Source: Selaginella moellendorffii (taxonomy: Eukaryota; Plantae; Lycopodiophyta). From it: DNA of 64,000 nucleotides. Under the pieces are notes generated by a model that was given only the letters and a program-made list of their open reading frames with translations, did no database searches and was not told the DNA's origin. This document shows positions 46,708 through 59,467 of this stretch, one piece after another. Location: assembly GCF_000143415.4 (NCBI RefSeq), contig NW_003314292.1, positions 1,185,498 to 1,249,497 on the forward strand, read 5' to 3'. The translations under genes were made by a program, and so were the position numbers. Numbering within the stretch: the first letter of the stretch is position 1; each line of letters begins with the position of its first letter.

Positions 46708-47689
46708 ATGGATTTGATTTCGTGGGTGAAGGCGGAGCTCCCTGTCCGGATGGAGCACTTGTGCATTAGAATTGGGGATGACGAGCGAACTGGGCTCGTC
46801 GTCCTCGACGAAGTCAACGGATTCTGCACCGTTGGTCACGGAAATCTGGTCAGTAGAGGAATCCACTCTCTCGCTCGACTTTCTTATTGATCTATGCAGG
46901 CTCCTCGGGCCCCAGATGCTCAAGTGGAGCGCATGGTCGACGAGACCGTGAGGATCGCCAGAGAATTTCGATCCAGGCACTTGCCTGTTCTCGCGTTTCT
47001 GGATTGCCACGACCCAAACAAGCCGGAGAATCCGTATCCCCCGCATTGCCTTGTGGGCTCTGGAGAGGAAGAACTCGTCCCAGGTCGGTGCCCTCGAAAA
47101 ATCTCGTCGATTTCGATCGCTATCTAGTGATTCTTCGCTTGGATCAGACCTTAAGTGGTTCGAGGACGATGACGAGGTTGTGCTCGTGCGAAAGGATTGC
47201 ATTAATGGATTTGTGGGAGCGATGAGACCAGATGGATCCAACACGGTCGTGGACTGGATCAACGCAAACAAGATTCAACGGGTAAGGAAAAATTCTTTCT
47301 TTGTCCAAGAAGAAAGGCTTGCATTAAAATTCTTCCAGATCTTGGTGGTGGGGGTTTGCACGGACATTTGTGTGCTAGATTTCGTGGCGACGATGACCTC
47401 GGTCAGGAACCACGGGATCTCGCCACCGCTGGAAGAAATCGTGGTCTACGCTCAAGGATGCTCCACCTATGATTTGCCTCTGGCAGTTGCGAAGGAAATT
47501 GGCGCTGTGGCGCATCCACAAGTATGAAACATTCCCTCAAATATCCTACCGTGATTGATTTGGTGAATTGATGCGCAGGATCTCGCGCACCATATGGGAT
47601 TATATCTCACTGCCGCACGCGGGGCGAAGATCGTCGACAGCGTCCAGTTCGCGGCAGAGATCCATCCAAATGGCGTCAAGAAGGTGTAA
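46708..47689 (+). CDS. NIC1: Nicotinamidase (isochorismatase-like cysteine hydrolase), 5 exons, intact
   Basis: Motifs GLVVLDEVNGFCTVGHGNLAP, AFLDCH, PYPPHC, RKDCINGF, VGVCTDICVLDF and HPQDLAHHMGLY. All introns are GT-AG and the frame is open to TAA. Confidence 0.92.
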
Positions 47690-47859
47690 AGCCGTTTTTT
47701 TTCCAGCTATTCCAACCCTCCTAGTCTAGACAGTATTCACTCACACCTACAACTTGCAAAGGAAGTTCTTGCATTGTTGAAATTTTTCACTTCCCTCAGT
47801 TGATAAATGGATATTGAAAAGCATAGTGTTGTAAGTTAGGATTCTTGAGCTTAGAGGAG

Positions 47860-48900
47860 TTGCTAGAGGTCATCTTGAGTGGAGCTATGTGCTCCCCTTC
47901 TCCTTCAACCTTCCCTTCGAGCTCGTTTGGATTGCTCGAGCTTTGCAGAAGTTGAATCTTGATTCTGTCACTGCAGCGTGCATTACAACCGTAGTTTTCA
48001 TCGTACCTGACATGCCATCATCTTCGAGCACAACACCACAGCACTGCTTGAGGGACCTCTTGACAAGCTGGAGAGGCTCTTCTCCAATCTTCAGCTCGGT
48101 ATCAAACCACGACAGTTCCTAGAAGCGGTTGGTTGCGAACTTTGTCCACGTTAACCATCTTGGGCCAGATGCCGAAGATTCAAGCTCGCAAGAGCAAGTT
48201 GGCACCGACGTCGCCGCGGTGGTGGCGGCGGCTCGTCTGCCGTGTAGAGGAGGTGGGACGACGATGTGGTGTTCAAGCACCAGGCTACCAAGTAGGTGAA
48301 GCGCTTCATCAACGATACGATCAGGAGTGATTTCCATCGCAAGTTCTTGAACAAGTACATGAAGTAGGCGAGGAACTACCTTGGATGTAAGTTCGTTGTG
48401 GAGAGCGAGAGTAAGATTTTCAGAGAGAACCACTTGGAAGCGATGTATTTTACTCTGCAATTTTGCAGAGTTTCTTTAGCGAAATCGCTGTGTTCTTGTC
48501 AGTTTTGTGTACCCCACGAACGCGCAAGGTTTCGCCAGCCTAGCATGGGACTGGGATTGTACTTGGCTCGCAGTCGGTCTTTCAAGTGAAAGCACTGCTG
48601 CAAGAAATCTTTGCACATTCTGATGCGTCCGCTGGTACTGGTGGCTTTCGCGATTGATTGCCATTCGATTCCTGGATGTCTGGAAAGCACGCGAAGTTTG
48701 TGGCCAGCAAGATTTACGTACGTGGCTGTAAGCATTTCTCCCATAGCACGCGCCTTTGATAACCTCTGCGGCTGGAAAGCGAGGATCTTCTTAGAGTCCG
48801 GGGAAGGCCGTCTATGGCGTATGATCAACAAGGCCTGGTATTTGCTGTTGCTATGGAAGGCGGATCAATCAAGCTGTTTGACGTACGATCTTCTCGACTG
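47860..48900 (-). pseudogene. Unidentified disrupted coding-like region; partial copy at 60026-60600
   Basis: GC-rich, long part-open frames on the minus strand with stops and frameshifts. No family recognised. Confidence 0.35.
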
Positions 48901-51550
48901 AAGTAAGGTTTGTGTAACTATATGAGATAAGAAGCTGGAAATCAGGAACTTGATTTACGTGATCAAGCAAGTACCTCGAAGGCTTCAGGGACGAAGGGTG
49001 TATACACTGCTTCCAATTCTTTCTTCTGGACTGCTTGAAAGTCCTGCAGAGTGTTGCCTGGACGAGAAAGAAAATAAATCACAGCATGAACGGAGAAACA
49101 AAATTCTGTACAGCTGCTTGCGTCCTTCAACCGCGCCTTTGGAAGGTCCCAAATTAATCAAACGCATTAGATTTTATGTCCTGATCGAAAACCCTTTTGT
49201 TGGGTTAGGGTTATAGAGCTGGCGATGGAGGCAGTGATGGTCGAGCCGGCCCAGGATATGACTAGTTGTGTGGTGTGCTTGGCAGAGATAGGGAGAGTGC
49301 AGGAGCGCGTTGTGGTAATTTTCCATGCAGCTTACCCGGACGTAAGAGATACGCACCTGTATTCTGTACATCTCGAACTTCTCAAGTTACGCCGATATCG
49401 ACTCATGGATCACATTCGGGCATCTCTGGAGCTGTCAACGTGCGGTACGCCACAAGCTCTGGAGCTCGCATTCAGAAAGTAAGAATATGTGCACATTCTA
49501 CTTTTTAAAAATATGGGCGGTTCTTTTGCAGCATGAATTACGAGCTGCGGGCTCTGGTGGGAACATCAGATTGCTGGGTATGTGGTAATCTCTCTTCTTG
49601 TCTGATTATTGCTGTTGCTGTGAATGTTTGGTTTGGTTTTGGTTATAGGATTGGTGTGCACAAACCAGGTCCTTGGTGGTGGTGCTTGGAGACGCACATG
49701 TGTATGTGTTTGGCGAGGCCCTTGCGACGGTGATACTGTGCCGAAGTGGGAAGGACGAGAGGCTGACCCGTCCAAGTTCTCTCTACCGTCTCAAAAATGC
49801 TAGTCCCCCGCAAAGCAGCAGTCTACCTTTTTACTACCACAGGGTACTCACCCTTTCGTTGAAATTTGTTATTCTGGAAGCCTGTGCACGCAGGAGCGGC
49901 TGACTACAGCAGACTCCTATCTTATTGTTGCATCAAGACACCTAGAGTGTCACATGGATAGCGATTATACTAGCGTTTTCAGCACTCGGATTGACGCACT
50001 TGTGAGTATTGTATACTTTTGATCCGCAAACGAGCTTGTAACGTGCGAACTAGTACAGGGCCTCGAGGAAGCTTGCTGCCAGATTGCCGATGTAGGGACC
50101 GACGAATGCAGGACATTCGCAGTAGTTCCTGTTGGAGAGCTTCTGCGACAGAAAGTGGCCTCTGGAATGACTCTAGAGGTGAGTGGACAGCTACACAGTG
50201 CCGCAGAGGACAAAGAGGAAGGCCCAATCGATATATATTCCGAGCCTCCCCATGAATCTGAGTCTGAAGACGAAGATGAGCCTGAAGACGAGGAAGAGAT
50301 GGTAGAGTTATATGGTGTTAGACCCCATGGTTTGCGCCCCCTAGGTACGTACAGTAAACTAATTATAGCTATATAACGATATTGTTGTTTTCAGTCAATG
50401 GGAACCCTCAAGTACCCAAACCCATTACCTCTTGCGAGCCCCGACGTCCCAGGGACCCCTGCATAAGGGTGATGGACCTCAAGGTAATAATGCTTCAAAT
50501 TTACCTCTCTTCTTTTTTTGTTTTTCCAAATAGATATAGTGGCTTTTGATCAGGAAAAGGACCTCAAGCTTGTTTGTAAAGTCGGCTCTTGCAAGTTTGT
50601 GATTAAAAGTGGGGACATACTAGAGTGGTTTGTGGACGGAAAGAATGATGCTATCGTAATTCCTGCTGGAGGTCAGATACACCAGGGTAAGGCAAAGGGG
50701 TGTTTAGAGCTTTTGACTTTTCTTTTTTCAGAAATATGTTTTGCTACTACTGGTTCGAGGTTTACTGCCTTGGAGATCATGTAACTGTCTTTCCTTATTT
50801 TTTTAAACTTTTTAACTGACTTGTTTCTCAGCCCTTCAGAGGGACTGCCAGCATCTAAAATCATTGCTACTCTAGGCACAAGATACTCCAAAGACAGGGA
50901 GACGGAAGCTGCCAGACAACTTGGTCTCACTTACGGGTATGTCAGAGTGTGTAGAAAATTTGATACATTGTGCTTTTGCTATTACAGGAACGCTATAACA
51001 TTTGCTTGCAAGGAGGGCGTTAAGCATATAGCGCTCCCAGCTATCTCGTGCGGGTTTTTCGGCGGGTTTGTACTCCACCTTACCTGTTGTATGTACTGAG
51101 TTTGCATTGTGTTTCAGGTTTCCTGTGGATAAAGCCGCACGGATTGCTGTAGAATGCGTACAAAAGGCACTCAAAAGTGCTGAAGCGTCCGTTGAGGTAA
51201 CTTGCCTGGCTTAGACATGCCTTTGCTAATTGTAGGTTCACTTTGTGATAAAGGACGAACCCACCTGGAGAGCCTGGGTAGCTGCAACAGACCTCCTTGC
51301 GTTTCTGGATTATGATTGCTACGTATCTTGTCGGACCAACAGACCTCCTTTTCCAGTCACTCCCGAAGGCTTTGTTTAGTGAAGATCAATGAGAATATTT
51401 TGAAGGGATACTTTTATCTTGGTTTAGAAATAAGTCTTTGAAGACATTTATAAATCTTTAAAATAAAATAATGCAAAGGTTAGGGTAAACCTCCATGTTT
51501 AATATCAATGGTGGTGGTTTTCTATCACTACCACTGGAAAATGGTAAATA
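48318..51550 (+). repeat. Segmental duplication, partner about 60026-63162
   Basis: High-identity collinear match; for example ORFs 49533-49733 and 61198-61398 translate identically. Confidence 0.95.
50155..51379 (+). CDS. Divergent macro-domain (Appr-1''-p/ADP-ribose-binding fold) protein with an acidic N-terminal region; 5' end uncertain
   Basis: Spliced FVIKSGDILEWFVDGKNDAIV..LPASKIIATLG..Y..NAITFACKEGVKHIALPAISCGFFG/FPVDKAARIAV..E/VHFVI..TWRAW. Confidence 0.82.
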
Positions 51551-52199
51551 AATGTGCAAATAAAGAAGAAATATTTTACTATCTCCACTCTATTTGAATT
51601 AAATTTGAGAAAATAAGCTATTTAATAAATTAAAAATATAAAGTTTTGAGATATAAGTATATTAAATGGGGTTTAGACCCCTACTTATATACATGAATGG
51701 ATGGACTAGATTAACTCCCAATTAAACAATCCATAAAGCTTATAATACATATATTATAAGCTTTACACTACGACGAGAAATTTTGATGAAGTTAAGTTTG
51801 ATATAACATTTAAAACTTTTGTCAGGCTGTTGTACACTACCACAAGAACCTAAAACTTTTATAGGACCATTGACCTATATAATGTAATTATTGACAATTA
51901 TGGTAGAAATAGAATCCAAAACTATTGTAGTGCATTCTATCTCTATCCTCTTAAACCAACTAAAAAAAGGGGTAATTACTTGATGAGAGAGCTTTTAGTG
52001 GTTATTGTACTCCCAAATCAATTGGAAAATGAACAATTGTTTGATGAGAGAACTTTGAATGGTTATTTTATCCCTATTTATCTTCTAAGGTTTCAAGAAT
52101 CCATAATAATAATATATTCAAATCTTATCCCATGATTATATGCACTACATTCACCCACCCTTTAAAGATATCAATGTCTCTATTGACTATTGACTAATA

Positions 52200-52555
52200 A
52201 CCCTTACTATATTTACCAATACTTCCATTGTATAGATTAACTATTCCATATGAGATAACTAGTCATCCACCTGTACCACAGTCTCATAGTGAATACTTTC
52301 ATCCATATTATATTTACTAATCTTTCCATTGTATAAACCAATTATTCTATATGAAGCAAGCAGTCATCTTACCATAGTCCTATAGTAGATAGTTTCATCC
52401 ATATTATATTTATTAATTCTTCCATTGTGTAAATTAGTTATTCCATATGAAGCAATTAGTTATCCACCTATACTACAGTCCTATAGTGGATACCTTCATT
52501 TATGAATGCTCCACTTACCACAATCCTACGGTGATACCTTCATCCGTGAATGCTC
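52200..52555. repeat. Degenerate tandem repeat, about 100-bp unit, 3+ copies
   Basis: ttccattgt...tattccatatga...agtcatc...cagtc.tatagt..atac.ttcatcc recurs at about 52222, 52322 and 52419. Confidence 0.8.
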
Positions 52556-55500
52556 TATAAAGAAAGGACAACGTATATATGTATGATTTTAAATTTAGGG
52601 GTAGGAATATACTTTGCTCAAGGGTATATTATATTTTAAGTAACTAGAAAATGGGCAATTATTTAATAAAAGAGCCCTTAATGGTTATTTTATCCCTATT
52701 TGTCCCCTAAGGTTTCAAGGATCAAGGTCATGATGAGTTTAAGTCATAAGTCTGAATTAATGGTAATCTTAAATTATGGTTAGTAAGCAGATTTAGAAAT
52801 GGGATAAGCTCTTCAAAATTACATAATTGGATGATATTTATCCCATATTTGTAATGCATGTGATCATGTTGTGCTCGAAAGAAAAGTTCTAAAGCACTAA
52901 TTTCATTTAGATTTATTATGTTTATCCTAACTATGATATTTTGTTAACCTCATTGTATTAGGGTTTTAAACATTTCATTTAAATCTATTACATTTATCCT
53001 CACTCCATAATATATGTCATTTATCTTTGCTCCATTACTATAGTTACTCATCCTCACTTCATTATCAAGACCAAACTTTTATCCATCCCCTCTACCCTCT
53101 TTTCTAAAGAAAAAATGGATGAAGAAGCATCAAATGGAGAATTTTTAATAGTTGTCAAGATGGAAATAAAGAAATAATAAGAAAGAAATCTTGGATAACA
53201 AGGGACATCCATATATATAGACTCTATCTAAGTTGGATAACAAGGGATATCTTATTATAAAATATTTTAGCTGATGTGAGATAAGTAAAGGACTCTATAA
53301 ACTCAATCCTTGAGACAGAAAAATTAAAGAAAAACTCCATACTCTGAAGAGAATGAAGAAACTTCTTACTAATAACAATAATGTAAAAACTCTCAATGGC
53401 AATTACATTAAAATACACTTAATTTAAATTCCTGGCAAAAGTAACTCAACCATTAGAATAAAAGCAACACCAAAAATGATTTGCTAATGAAACAAAAGTA
53501 AAATTTTTGGCTTTACACATATGCTCAATATCAAAATTATTGATAGAAAATACTTAACTCAACACTAAATTGCGAATGAGAATCATAAGAGTCATAAATG
53601 ATTGACATGTTAAGAAAAGGAAGTGTTGCAAATCAGGAAAACACATTAAAAATCTAAGGAGGTGGTAGATTTCGAGAAAAGCAAAAAGGTTAGGAAAGAG
53701 AAAAAAGCAAAGAGAAAGAATCATATGATATATTTAAAAATTGACACCTATTTTGTCAAATTACATATCATCTTTTTATAAGCTTGATCATGAAACATCC
53801 TCCAAAAACTAAAATGCATTATCCATAGCTCTCTAATTGATGTTGCAATTAATACCCTATATTAGTGGGAGACAATAGGACATCAAGAATAGGAGACACT
53901 ATATAATCATGTTCTATAGAAGTAGTAATAGCAATATACCATAGACAAACACAATATCAACATGATCATAGCATCACCAGTCTTAGCTGAGATATTCCTT
54001 GATTAATAATGGTGTGGCATGGTAAAAGAAAAGAATGTAGTAAAGATTGATGTAATACATATAATTTTCACCCATAGGATAACCATAGAGTAAAACCTAA
54101 CCCTTTGACAGTTAGGCCAAAGGCAATAAAGCAAAACTTGAGTTTCAAAGCCTTAGGCCACTAAATGAATGAATAAAACCAAATTCGTGAGTATACAGTT
54201 CAAGACTAAAAGAACTAAAGCACAAAACAATTATAGTACTCCACCAATTAACATGGTATAGAGCTTGGGCTTAGAATATTTACAGTTGAACTTTAATTCT
54301 ATTACACTACAAAATGAGGGTCTGATATACTCTCAAATCTTTTACAAGCAGTAATGTGTAAGCTCTTGAATTTGGTTTAAATATCCCAAGATCTTTAACC
54401 AATTGGAAAAAAGGGTGCACTGTTATTCATGGGCCCTTTCTCTCTATATTTGAACTCCAATGAATCATTTCTCGAGTCGTTTCCTTTGGTTGCTTATATA
54501 GTGCCCCGTATCTAGCTTTTACATGGTCAAACAATGTTTAGCATAATTTTAGCATATTGGTGGCCTAATGCGAAAAAGTGAATACCCCACCGATTAAAGC
54601 AATATGGAACTTAAGGTTAGGCCCAAGTTAGACATAAAACAAAGAGTGATACACTCCAATAGAAGTCAAACTAATATCTTAGGAAATTGACTACATACTT
54701 CTAACCATTATCCCTACTATACATTTGGAACCACCTCATATAAATACATGCTTTATGCTTTCACCCAGTCCTAAGAGTTAATCTCTAGAACAAGCTTGAA
54801 AATTTATTAAATATGGAATAGTGTTAGATTGTGAATCGAGACGTAAGAATAACATGATGGTCTTTAAGACACTTTCTACATTTTATAGATATGCTTATCA
54901 AGCAAATCTAAACACTTACCATAAATAGCACAAGGGACTAGAATGGGACGAACACATGAGACATGATAGTAAGAGTGTCTAGTGAACATGGTAAGTTATT
55001 ATGTAGCAATATTAAAAAACTAGACTCAATATCATAAGCATTCCAACACTAATATATACAAGCTAATAACATAAATTTTTTATTACCATATCAAGTATGT
55101 TTGACTTAATGATAACTTAGGATTTATTTCCTTAATGCCTTTCATAGTGTCCAAACATGAATTCATAAATAGTGTGGTGGATAGAAAAGGGGTTGATAAG
55201 GGAATGACTTTGGGATCTTGGGAACCATAGATAAAGGGTTGAGGATGTGATATATATAAGAGTTTAACCTAACGAACTAGCTTTAATATAATTGTGGTAA
55301 ACAATTATAGTGGGGATCATTTAAAAGATAAAGAATGAAGAATCATAAAATTATCCTTATATAGTTGAAGAAAGTACTTAACCATGGATAGTCAAATATA
55401 AATCAGGATATATATTTGAAGCCTACACTACTATAACACACTTTATCTCTCCAACTGGAAAAAAGGTAATTACTTAATAAGAGAACCCTTAGTGATCATT

Positions 55501-56374
55501 TCAACCTAATTTATCCCCTAAAGTTCTAAAGATTTATAGTAATAATATATCCAAATTTCATTCTATGATTACATATGCTACAAGAACCTTTTATAAATGT
55601 TTAAGGAGTTAGGGGTATATTTAAAGGATAAGTCGACATTCTCATGATGTAGAAAGATGCTCACCAACACCATAACTAAGTCCTACTAGCCTCTAAGAAT
55701 TCCTCACCACATGACTATACCTTTGGTTAGTAAACAAAAAGACTATTCTTCTTCCTTTCTATAGTTAGAGATTTTGTAACGACATTTCAAAACACCACAA
55801 TGTGAGCTTTATAGGTACTCTCCCCACCTTTTACCACTAGAATACCTTAGCCATGTGGCTAAAATAAAAGTCCAATAAGCCAAGCAAAGTATCTAAATAG
55901 ATAGTGCCACCCACACTTAGATTGGGCATTCAATCGTCTAGAGGAACTAAAATTAACTCTTGAACATTTCACTAAATCATCTTATTTGTTCATCTATATT
56001 CACCCAAGCCTTAGCCTTTATAATATTGATATCATCACCCACCACTAGCCATAGTAGTTTCCCTAGATTCCCCCCATAGGGATTTATTAAACCCTCTTTT
56101 TTATAACTTATTATTTAAACATGTTACACTCATTGGGTATCTAGATTGGCCACTATTATTTCACTGGTCAAAGACAATCAAAATTGCTTTTCACCTCCAC
56201 CAATGTGAGTGTATGGAATATAAAAAGAAAATATACAAAATGTACATATCAATTAGCCCAAAAACTATACCTTATATACAAGAGTAAATGGTCCAAATTG
56301 AAACTAATTCAATAACTATCAAAATCCCACTATACTAATATTAATATATAATATCATAGCTATACACTTAAACC

Positions 56375-56455
56375 ACACATACACACACAGATAGATAGAT
56401 AGATAGATAGATGTAAATAGATAGATAAATAGATAGATAGGTAGATAGATAGATA
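56375..56455. repeat. (CA)n/(GATA)n microsatellite
   Basis: Direct inspection. Confidence 0.9.
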
Positions 56456-57660
56456 AAGAATTATATCAATTTATAGTTTTAAAATGATGCTCAAACAAAT
56501 CATATGTTATCTATGGTTCATTTTTAGTTGCATAATAAGGTTCATATAGATAATTATGTTTAATTCCAGTTTTATAACTATGAATCACACCTATGTAAAC
56601 TATATGCATAGTTGAAAAACCAGTTTTATTTTATTCAAACTATATTGAGCTACTTGAAAACTTATATAAAAAAGAAAACCTGAATCAGCAAATCAATGTA
56701 TTTCTGCCTTAATTGCCATTTAGAACTATGTTGGAGAGTACTAGAGCTTTATCAAATTTAAAAGCTTTACCTCTCAAGAAAATTTCGTTGACTTCCAGAT
56801 AAGCTACTGCTTGTATGGAAGTTGGGATTTTATTTCCCTTGAATACCTTGAAGAAAAACCAGGGAAACAATGCTGGATAAGCATGTTTTCTTGTTCTTTC
56901 CTAGATGTATCACTGACAGAAAACCATTCCAATGCTCTCTCTAACCGTCATAGAAGCAGGAATATAACCTTGCAACTTATACTTTGGATGATCAACTATC
57001 ATTCAACAAAGAGAAAAAATTGTGCAACACCAATGAGCTTCTCGTGACACTAAGGTCTTGCAGCAAAAATTAGGAACTTGAACAGTTGCTATCAGAGACT
57101 TATTTTGAGAAATTCTATTAAGTTCATATGACTTTCGTAATAAATACCATGAAATATGGCTATCATGTCAAACTGAAAAATGATCTGGGCAATGGGAGTG
57201 TGAAAACCCAAAGCCAGGTTGGCTGTAAATTGTTTTGACTGGTCAGCAGCTCTACTTTAGGATATAGAGATTTGTGTTTTATATAAAGTTATATTGCTGC
57301 AAATGAGGAATATATTACTCTTCCATGAAAATTAATTAAAAAAAGAAAAAAATAGAAGAAATAGAAGACTTACAAAAACAGTGATCTAAATTAAACAAAC
57401 ACAAATCTAAGCACTTCTCATGGACAATCAAAGCTATTTTTCATCTCCACTAATGTGAGTGAATTGAATCTAGAATGTTTGGTCATTTTAGTAATTGACA
57501 TATTATAAAATTATATATCAGCTTAGATGATTAATTGAAACTATTGACCAATGATAGTTAATAATGCTGAATTTATTCTTTAAGATTTTATTACGTTTGG
57601 CTTTCAACAAATTATGATTAGGGTTCATATCACTCCTTTAGGTTTTAGAAATTTTATTAA

Positions 57661-57838
57661 CTGCAATCCGCAACGCCGTCATGGAAAGTTTGACTACACC
57701 ATGATCTCAAGGATCTGGCCAAGGAGCCATTGAAGGGCATTGACATTGTTGTGGATAAGCAAGACATGCAGCGGATGTGCTTGGTTTTGTCACCTCTTTG
57801 TGGCCCTTATCAGGGTTTGAAGCTCCACCTGGACTTCC
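57661..57838 (+). pseudogene. Captured fragment of a ubiquitin-conjugating (E2/UBC-like) gene inside lectin pseudogene copy 2
   Basis: LHHDLKDLAKEPLKGIDIVVDKQDMQRMCLVLSPLCGPYQGLKLHLDF. A GC-rich island that is absent from copy 1. Confidence 0.65.
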
Positions 57839-58889
57839 TCATATTATTAGTTTTCTGGTGACTATGTTAGAGGAACCTTCTTAGAAATGCTAAGTATAAT
57901 ATCATGCAAGATTACATGGTCTAGGAATGGGAACTGTATATAGATATTTTTCTATTGATTTTAATGCACTTGGAATAAATTCTGTAAGAGATCCTCATGA
58001 GCCATATTCTGATAAAGGTTATCCAAAAGATTTACCTGATGATAATAATCCATCTCTTAATATTTTAGATGCTAAAATTGATGCTTTTTCTTCACAATGT
58101 TGGCCATATTGAGCACAACTAATTAACGGTCCTCTAAATTTTTATGGCATACATATAATAAATAGTAATAGTTTTTTTAATAATAAATTTCGAGCTATAT
58201 TAGAACATTGTAATTTAGTTATTGATAATATTGAAATAAACAAAAGTATATCAGAAAGATCAAATATATTTTGTTATCTTCACCTTCAACTGGGGGAATT
58301 ATAATAGATAATAATAATAATAATATATGGAAAAATAATGTATTTTGCTCAAACTGCACCGGACAATTAATAGTAACATTTTATAAAAATGATTTTAAGA
58401 AAATAATGTGGAGGAATAATTGTAACTACAATCTTAATTAAAATAATGTTATCTTTAATATCTTATTTTTATATGAATCTAATGTACTTTACATTATTAA
58501 TAACAAGCATATTCCTTGTTGCTTTAAAGTCGGTGAAGGATGGATTGTCCTCACCTGCCTCTCCTTGGATCAAGCTCCATTTCCAATGAAAGATTCACTC
58601 TTCTTCTTGTGGCTCAATCCTCTACATGCCACTGGTTCCAAGCAGCCACTCCAGCATTGCAATGTTCTAGCTCTGCACGACAAGGAAGGGATCACACGAG
58701 CACTGTCCAAGGTAGGAGACAATCACAGCCCCTCCACCCTCTTCTGGGTGATGCTTGTTGAGGCTAAGAGAACAATCAAGACCGCCAATCATATTGCTAG
58801 ATCTAGCCTTGGAACATTTAAAATTCGTATAAGCTGCTAAATTATATGTACACCTGTGAGATAAAAATTTTACGATGCAAAAGCTTATA

Positions 58890-59467
58890 CCCATTAGCAA
58901 GATCATCGTCAAGAGTGTCCTGACCGACTTGGGCCTCACCACACACCCCGTCTTCTTCCGAAAACGCATCCAGATGAACCGTGGCTCCACTCTTTCGCTG
59001 CTGGGGCAAGCTCTTGTGGGACGATGCATTTCTTGAAACCCAGCTTGGATGCCTCAAACAGTCGCCTTTTGAGTTGAGCTACCTGCATGGACAGAATTTC
59101 CAGCATTGAAAAGTGAGAAACCACGTAAGAACTTACAAAGTGCAGCTCTCCCCCGAGTCCTAGCTCACCAACGAAGACTGTGTCCCGAGGAACCGGCCTT
59201 TCTATATAGCTGCAAGCAAGACGAAGCTCATGAGTTGGTATGCCCAGCTAGTTGAGAGAAAGTACCCGCTGGCAATAGCGACGGCAACAGCAATATCTGT
59301 GGCAGGCTCTTCCAAACTAAAGCCTCCAAAGACATTAACAAAAATATCCTAGAGCAGTATTTCAGCATAAGAACTTTTGCCATCACGAAGTATAGAATGC
59401 ATCTGTCTTGCAAGTCTCAAGTGCATTTGTTTGAGTAAAACCTGGCATCACAGCGTCAAGCCTCACA
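58890..59467 (-). pseudogene. RADA: Second RadA 3' fragment with an internal deletion
   Basis: Homologous to 36490-37141. Confidence 0.88.

Noticed and set aside
46648-47271. 207-aa antisense ORF over the nicotinamidase gene, and similar shadow ORFs over the kinase and pol genes
   Set aside because: No motifs, and expected on the opposite strand of GC-rich coding sequence.
52200-52555. CRISPR-like periodicity
   Set aside because: Whole units are repeated with no unique spacers, there are no cas genes, and the context is eukaryotic.
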